A stretch of DNA of 64,000 nucleotides from Candidatus Woesearchaeota archaeon (lineage in GTDB: Archaea > Nanobdellota > Nanobdellia > SCGC-AAA011-G17 > GW2011-AR18). Numbering within the stretch: the stretch's first letter is position 1; every line of letters starts with the position of its first letter. The notes below the pieces were generated by a model. The model saw only the letters and a list, made by a program, of their open reading frames with translations. It was not told the origin of the DNA and did not search any database. The DNA lies in NCBI GenBank assembly GCA_018302765.1, contig JAGVZG010000002.1, positions 47,819 to 111,818 of the forward strand, read 5' to 3'. Of this stretch, positions 58,168 to 64,000 are shown piece after piece. A program made the position numbers and the translations under genes.

Positions 58168-59573
58168 ACTCCTTTTTGAGATATATTTACAAATACCATA
58201 AAACCTATGTTTAGCAAAGGCAATACTCCAAGTATTGATATCCAAGCTATTGTGACTACGCTTAGTCCGCCTAGATTTCCTCCTATTGAATTTATTATTG
58301 CCAATGTAACCAATAAAAGCAAAGGCGAGGCAATTAGTATTGCTGTGTAAACTTCTGAATACGTAGCTAAAGCTTCAACTTGTTTCTTTCTGTCTAACCT
58401 ATAAGTATTTAATGCGTCATATGATTTTTCCTTTAAGTAACTTCTTAAATCTCCTCCAGTTTCTATTGTTGAAATCATACCATTGAGCAATTCCTTAAAC
58501 TCTGGGCTTGGAGTTGTAGCTGCAACATTCTTTAAAGCATTTGTTAGATTATAACCAAATAAGTTTACATAATTCAGAATTTTTTTAATTTCTTTTTTTA
58601 ATTCAGGATATTCGTCAGAATCAGCTATTAATTCAAATATACTCATTGGATTTGCACCACTGCCAGCAACTGCACTCATGTGTACCAATGCAAATGGAAG
58701 TTCCAGTTTTATATTGCTTCTCTTGCCACCAATTAAACTTGAAGGATAAAAATAAAATCCAATGAAAGTCAAAATCATTCCTGCAAAAGATACCAATACT
58801 AACTTAAGTACACTAAGCTTAAATGCAAAATTCAAAGCCAAAAAAAACAAAAATATTCCTGGCAATGACAAAATTGTAAAAAATAACATCATACTTACAT
58901 AAGTTCTAGACAACAGTTCCATTTCAACCATCTTAAAATTATTAAACATAGGCTCGAAAAATTTCGGGTATTTTGTAACCAAAGCATCTGCATATTTTTT
59001 CATATACTTATTTGCTATTTCACCTACCTTGCTTGGTCTGTATATGCTGTAGTCTTGCTTTTCTATAGTAGTTTTTATTTTCCCTTTTTCTTTTTCTTTT
59101 TGCAGCTTTACGAATCTTTTCAGTTCCTCTTTTTTTATATTCAGTTCTTTTATGAATCTCTTTTTTTCTTCCTTAGTCAAATTTCTAAATTTTTTTGATT
59201 CAAAATCAGAAACTTCTTCTGGTTGCTGCAATGCTATTTTTGGCGTCTCCCTTTCCTTTGGCATAGTTACCTGTGGCTTTGGTAAAACCAATGGCTTCTC
59301 TATTTTTTCTATCTTGCTAGTTTGCTGCTTTTTCTGCAATGCCTGTAGCGGATTAATTATTTTATATATATTTGCGCTTTCACTATCTATTTTTGCCAAA
59401 AGATTTTTTCTCTTTAACAGTAGGTCATTTAATTGCTTTTTTTGAATTTGCGATAGAGATTTCACTTTTTTAAGCAAAGCCACTTGATTGTCTATTACTT
59501 TTATATTTTCTATTAAATCAAGTATATTCTTAGCACTATTAACTATTTCATTTGGCATTTTTTTCTTGCTCAA
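58164..59573 (-). CDS. TadB/GspF-type pilus platform protein with charged N-terminal extension
   Basis: ELPFALVHMSAVAGSG, YVNLFG, IETGGDL. Confidence 0.8.
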   Translation of the reverse strand: MSKKKMPNEIVNSAKNILDLIENIKVIDNQVALLKKVKSLSQIQKKQLNDLLLKRKNLLAKIDSESANIYKIINPLQALQKKQQTSKIEKIEKPLVLPKPQVTMPKERETPKIALQQPEEVSDFESKKFRNLTKEEKKRFIKELNIKKEELKRFVKLQKEKEKGKIKTTIEKQDYSIYRPSKVGEIANKYMKKYADALVTKYPKFFEPMFNNFKMVEMELLSRTYVSMMLFFTILSLPGIFLFFLALNFAFKLSVLKLVLVSFAGMILTFIGFYFYPSSLIGGKRSNIKLELPFALVHMSAVAGSGANPMSIFELIADSDEYPELKKEIKKILNYVNLFGYNLTNALKNVAATTPSPEFKELLNGMISTIETGGDLRSYLKEKSYDALNTYRLDRKKQVEALATYSEVYTAILIASPLLLLVTLAIINSIGGNLGGLSVVTIAWISILGVLPLLNIGFMVFVNISQKGV

Positions 59574-59751
59574 CTATTTTGTGTAATGATGCTAGAAGGT
59601 ATAAAAATTGGTTTTTGAAGTTCTTAATATGTATTTCATATTTTTCTGCTTCTTCTGTTGAAGCAGTTTTTTTCTTGTTTAACAATTTTTCATAATTTTG
59701 CGCTACTTCTAATAATATTTCTGCATTCTGTTTTAATATTGCTATACTCAT
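59548..59751 (-). CDS. small hypothetical protein in pilus operon
   Basis: 67 aa, overlapping both neighbours. Confidence 0.5.
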   Translation of the reverse strand: MSIAILKQNAEILLEVAQNYEKLLNKKKTASTEEAEKYEIHIKNFKNQFLYLLASLHKIVEQEKNAK

Positions 59752-62700
59752 ATTATTCCAAACCTCTTTAATACTATTTCCGGAGACTTATAATATTCAT
59801 GTATTACTGCCTGAACTTGCTTAAATCCTATAATGCCTCTTCTGTATAATTCTTTAATAAGCCTGGTCCTTATCTTAAATTCATTGAGAACTTGTTCTTT
59901 TGTAAACCCATAATGCATTGATATTTTTTCAAATACCTTGCTATTTGGATTAAATAAAAAAGTATCTGTTTTTGGATTCCATTTGAATACATTATTTGTT
60001 ACTTCCCCACCTAAGCCTTCTTTTACTTCAACTACTTCATCAACGCTTGCTACTTTTCTTACTTCCTTTCCTTTTATTTTGCTTTGAGACATTACAACAA
60101 CAGCAGATAATGTTTCAATTAAAGATCCTGACAGATTAATTGGCTCTGTTTCTAATCTTTTGATTAACGTACCTACATCTTCTGCATGCATAGTTGCCAT
60201 ACCAGGATGCCCTGAATTATGTAATAAAACCAAGCCAAATCCACCTATAAAGTTCTGGTTATAAGGTATTGATATGTCATAAACATATTCAGGTTTATCT
60301 AAATGTAAAACTTCTATACTTCTTACTTTATCACAATATAAATCACCTAATAAATTTTTATCAACAATTCCTTTAGTAATATTACATGTTTTACCTATTG
60401 GTTTTACATATTTTAATAATTCCTCTTTTTTATAATTTGCATAAAAATTTATTTCGTAATCAGTTGTTTTTCTTCCATCTCTATTTCTTTTTGAAATAGA
60501 AGCCACTATTCCATAAACTAATAATAATTGTGCTACCCCATTAGCAAGACTTTTTGAAGTTGTATAATAACTAATTCCTTTGTCTCTTAAATTACCATCA
60601 CCACAATATAATGCACTTAAAAAAATACCAATTCTCTTTTTATCTAATCCAAAGATAAAATCTGGAATTAATTTTTCTAGTTTTGTTTTGCAATATTTTT
60701 TTATAAATTCATAAATTATTTTATTATTAAATGACAATTCTATTGCTTCTCCATAACCGCCGTCTATAATTCTTCTTGATGGCTTTCTATTTACCAATTT
60801 TACAATACATTCTTCCATATTTTTTAACACTTCTTCATTACCATTATATAATTCAATTCTATAACATCTTCTACTTGTATTCAAAGAACCTTCAGATAAA
60901 TAATAACCTAATAATTTTAATAAATAATCATCAATTTCTAAAAATGGTTCTCTTTTTTCACTCATTCCATCATATTTTATTTCTAATTTATCAATATTAT
61001 AACCAATACATGCTTCCTTCATCAATTTAAAGAATTTTTCTGCTTTCAATGCATTAGGTTTAGAAACTATCCCCTGAGAGCAATAATCGGTTATGCTCTT
61101 GCAATTTACTATAACATTAGATTGATAATATCCTAATTTATGTAATGCTTCTTTTATAAGTTCAGGAGCATATATTCTTAGATTAGGAAGCCATTCTAAT
61201 AAATTTATTTTTTCTATATTATTGTATCCACATGGAATATTTGCAGGTATTATTATATTACTTCCAATAACTAGTTCTTCTCCTTTAATTTCTTTTATCT
61301 CTTGATTTTCAAAAGTAAATACTGAGTGGTCTGCTGTAATTGTAATTTCTCTTCCAGTTCTCGTTTTTATTTTGTATAAAATATTTCTTTTTGGATGTTT
61401 TATCCAAGATTTTATCGGTAATATTTCACATTTCTTCTCTTTAATATTATAAGTAATTGCTTTTAATTTTGTTATGTCTTCATTTTCTAAATTTTTTATT
61501 TTTATTCTTAATGGTCTATTTTCCTTTATTATTAATATCTCTTCATCTCCTCTTACTGAAGCAAATGCTTGAAATAGTACAAATGCTTCTTTGCCTCTAA
61601 CTTCACCTACAATAATATAATCTGGTCTTTGTCTGAAGCTTGCTCTAAGAAGATCAAATAGACTTACTTCCCCATATCTTTGGCCTACCAAGTTTGTCAA
61701 ACCTACGCCGGCTCTAGCAACACTCGGCAACCAGTTTTCATGCTCTAATTGTAATTCTCTCGTGTCTTCAATGCTTACGACTCTTGCTTGTGGGGGAATA
61801 AAGAAAGCAAGAGTATTAATAAAAGAGGTTTTGCCACTACCAGTTCCGCCAATAACCATCATGCTATTTTCATATTCTACTGCCATCCATAAGTAGGCAT
61901 AAATTTCTGCACTGCAAGTACCTTTTATCATTAACTGTATCGGGCTCCATGGTTCTTTTGTAAAACGCCTGATACTCATAGTTGGCCCTCGTGTAGTTAC
62001 ATCTGTTGAGTAAGTTGCTTGGACTCTATCACCGCCTGGTAAACTTCCGTCTAACAATGGTTCAGCATAACTAATATATCTTCCGCATTTCTGTGCTAAT
62101 TTTTCAACAAAGGCAGCTAATTTGTGTATGTCTTTGTAAACCAAATTAGTTCTTATATTTCTATATTTTCTATGAACAATATATATAGGTGTGTTTATTC
62201 CATTACATTCTATATCTTCTACAAAGTAATCATTCATTAAAGGCTCTAATTCATTTAAACCAACAAAGTCCCTGTAAATATAATACATTATTTTAACAAA
62301 TGACTCTGTAGACAATTCTATGGAAAGTTCTGTGAGAAGCACTCTAATATTTTTTTCAAGATAAACTAGAATAGTATTTTTATCACTTACACTTATAAAA
62401 CTTAAATTAATTAATTCTTTAATTCCTTCTTCCAAAGTCTCTAGAATTTTCTCTTCTTTGTCTGTTAATTGCGGCTCTTCTATTTCGTAAACTAATTCTG
62501 TTTCTTTTTGATCCCATCTGATTCTAGCAAATGCATAAGGTGGTATTAAAGGATATTTGACGTCAATAGTTCTTTGATCTTTGGCTTCTGGCAAACTTGG
62601 GATTGTTGGCTGCTCTATTTTGAAAAAAAGTTTTGCATCTTTATTTATATTGTTTGTAGTATTCTCTTCCTTTACTTGTTGTTTAGAGTCTTGTTGTGGC

Positions 62701-62777
62701 ACTGGAAGAGCTGGCTGTATAGGCTTCTGCTCTTCATTTTTAGAACTATCTTTTTTTAATGAACTAAATAATCCCAT
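59748..62777 (-). CDS. VirB11/FlaI/TadA-type secretion ATPase containing an intein
   Basis: Walker A GGTGSGKT, IEDTREL, RQRPDYIIVGEVRG, SGH...TMHA split by a 448-aa insertion. Confidence 0.9.
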   Translation of the reverse strand: MGLFSSLKKDSSKNEEQKPIQPALPVPQQDSKQQVKEENTTNNINKDAKLFFKIEQPTIPSLPEAKDQRTIDVKYPLIPPYAFARIRWDQKETELVYEIEEPQLTDKEEKILETLEEGIKELINLSFISVSDKNTILVYLEKNIRVLLTELSIELSTESFVKIMYYIYRDFVGLNELEPLMNDYFVEDIECNGINTPIYIVHRKYRNIRTNLVYKDIHKLAAFVEKLAQKCGRYISYAEPLLDGSLPGGDRVQATYSTDVTTRGPTMSIRRFTKEPWSPIQLMIKGTCSAEIYAYLWMAVEYENSMMVIGGTGSGKTSFINTLAFFIPPQARVVSIEDTRELQLEHENWLPSVARAGVGLTNLVGQRYGEVSLFDLLRASFRQRPDYIIVGEVRGKEAFVLFQAFASVRGDEEILIIKENRPLRIKIKNLENEDITKLKAITYNIKEKKCEILPIKSWIKHPKRNILYKIKTRTGREITITADHSVFTFENQEIKEIKGEELVIGSNIIIPANIPCGYNNIEKINLLEWLPNLRIYAPELIKEALHKLGYYQSNVIVNCKSITDYCSQGIVSKPNALKAEKFFKLMKEACIGYNIDKLEIKYDGMSEKREPFLEIDDYLLKLLGYYLSEGSLNTSRRCYRIELYNGNEEVLKNMEECIVKLVNRKPSRRIIDGGYGEAIELSFNNKIIYEFIKKYCKTKLEKLIPDFIFGLDKKRIGIFLSALYCGDGNLRDKGISYYTTSKSLANGVAQLLLVYGIVASISKRNRDGRKTTDYEINFYANYKKEELLKYVKPIGKTCNITKGIVDKNLLGDLYCDKVRSIEVLHLDKPEYVYDISIPYNQNFIGGFGLVLLHNSGHPGMATMHAEDVGTLIKRLETEPINLSGSLIETLSAVVVMSQSKIKGKEVRKVASVDEVVEVKEGLGGEVTNNVFKWNPKTDTFLFNPNSKVFEKISMHYGFTKEQVLNEFKIRTRLIKELYRRGIIGFKQVQAVIHEYYKSPEIVLKRFGII
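60216..61559 (-). mobile_element. intein (448 aa) with LAGLIDADG homing endonuclease
   Basis: Starts SVRGDEEI, block B TADHSVF, LLGYYLSEG and FLSALYCGDG, ends VYDISIP...LLHN followed by Ser+1; extein joins as LFQAFA|SGHPG. Confidence 0.9.
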
Positions 62778-63006
62778 ATTACCTCTTTTATTCTTATATT
62801 AAAGTATATATTTTTATTTATTAATTTAACCTTATTGTTAAGTCAAGTTTTTGTTAAATTTTTACTTAATTTATAATAATATACCCATAAGTAAGACATA
62901 TTATAATATTTAGTATAAGAACTATTTTTGATTTTATGATTAATAACTATTTATTAGTAGTAAATAATAGAAACCTTTTAATACTTATTATCAATGGATT
63001 CTTTAT

Positions 63007-63819
63007 ATGATAAATCTAGAAGTAGAACTAAATGAAGGATTTAGAAGAATTAAAGACAGAGGATGGCTTCATAATTCCTCAACTAGCCATATTCACACCA
63101 ATGACATAAACCTTGGCAGCGCAATTGAAACTGCAAGATATCGTATTAATCTTATTGATGGTCTGTTAATTAAACCAACAGTAGGGATTATTGTTGGAAC
63201 TGGTGGACTATTATCTATATGTCCTGAATTGCCAGTAGATATTTGGCTAGTTTGTGATAATAATAAATTTGTTTTAGATTGGGTTGATCAAGCTAAGTAT
63301 GCAACAAGAATTGCGACAAGATTAGATGATTATTTAAGGATTGTATATGTTGAAAATCTGCAAGCAACCCAAGGTTATGCTGAAAGTGGTTTAAGGAACG
63401 AAAAAATAAGTTTAGGAAAATACCACCTAACTAAAGATGAAGACAGATTTCAACTTGTAAAACAATCTGCTAGACATATTTCTATTGTCAGATGTGAAGG
63501 AGATTTAAGAGATAAAAAATTTTCAAGAGAATTTGGAGAAATATTAAAGAAACAAAGACTAAGTATATCTTTTGCAAATTTAACAAATGTCTATGAACAT
63601 GCACCAGGAATATATGAAAGTTTACCAAATCTTCCATTTAGAGATTGCGCAGTTTTTATATGGTCCAACAGGACATTTGGTAAATTTTTAGAAAGTGAAG
63701 TTATATATGGACTAGATAATTATTTAATGCATGCAGGAGCAGCTTATGCTCAATTCATTAATGGTTTTAAAAATCCACCAGCTCTAAAAAAATTCTTACA
63801 AACTCATATATATAAATAA
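63007..63819 (+). CDS. hypothetical protein (possible Rossmann/SAM-binding-like fold)
   Basis: IIVGTGG followed by LVCD; no firm assignment. Confidence 0.5.
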   Translation: MINLEVELNEGFRRIKDRGWLHNSSTSHIHTNDINLGSAIETARYRINLIDGLLIKPTVGIIVGTGGLLSICPELPVDIWLVCDNNKFVLDWVDQAKYATRIATRLDDYLRIVYVENLQATQGYAESGLRNEKISLGKYHLTKDEDRFQLVKQSARHISIVRCEGDLRDKKFSREFGEILKKQRLSISFANLTNVYEHAPGIYESLPNLPFRDCAVFIWSNRTFGKFLESEVIYGLDNYLMHAGAAYAQFINGFKNPPALKKFLQTHIYK

Positions 63820-63861
63820 TATATAAAAAATTTTAAATATTGTAGCTAAAGAAAAATTATG

Positions 63862-64000
63862 TTATTTGTATTTATTATTTTTTAGCAATAAACTATTGCC
63901 TAAAATTTTTGCGCGACGTACTCCGAGATCGTCATTCGAGCTAGTCGGATTCCAGTCGCAGAACAGGTGAACACAATAAGAATCAGCCCAGAACCTAGCG
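63862..64000 (-). CDS. 3' end of a second putative DGR target gene (5' part beyond window)
   Basis: Manual translation ARFWADSYCVHLFCDWNPTSSNDDLGVRRAKILGNSLLLKNNKYK-stop. Confidence 0.7.
   Translation of the reverse strand, partial: ARFWADSYCVHLFCDWNPTSSNDDLGVRRAKILGNSLLLKNNKYK
63916..64000 (-). repeat. DGR variable region-like repeat, copy 2 (may extend past window edge)
   Basis: 63/85 identical to 50688..50772; 43/85 G+C. Confidence 0.75.

Noticed and set aside
551-62802. Many short ORFs antisense to or nested in long genes (e.g. 4453..4848, 37216..37827, 49553..49984)
   Set aside because: Shadow frames of well-supported genes with F/S/L/I-rich composition
1-64000. DGR template repeat or CRISPR array in the window
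   Set aside because: No AAC-rich third copy of the repeat and no regularly spaced direct repeats seen by eye; a computational scan is still advisable

Overview
Strongly AT-rich archaeal chromosomal DNA, most likely from a DPANN lineage such as Woesearchaeota. This is an inference from archaeal-type PheRS/ProRS, TrmB, Lrp, translin, a presenilin homologue, GAGGTG-type SD sites and a reduced but sugar-focused gene set. Contents in order: PolX/Ogg/DHH repair genes (3.3-7.6 kb); an atypical retron-like reverse transcriptase (WVDD) followed by a wHTH gene (9.3-10.6 kb); a large carbohydrate region with glycogen debranching enzyme, a near-complete oxidative plus non-oxidative pentose phosphate pathway, and a 7-gene GT4/GH57/DUF5752-like/MinD operon (10.6-32 kb); AlaX, ProRS, PheRS and ScpA; tRNA-Ser(CGA) with a 13-nt intron at non-canonical position 30/31; an ABC transporter; and a type IV pilus-like operon whose ATPase carries a LAGLIDADG intein. 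The most striking signal is a pair of GC-rich 85-nt repeats at gene 3' ends, 13 kb apart (50688-50772 and 63916-64000). They differ mainly at codon positions 1-2 of NNC/NNT codons, as expected for variable regions of diversity-generating retroelement (DGR) targets. No template repeat or DGR-type RT was seen in the window. All family calls are from motif recognition by eye, not database searches.
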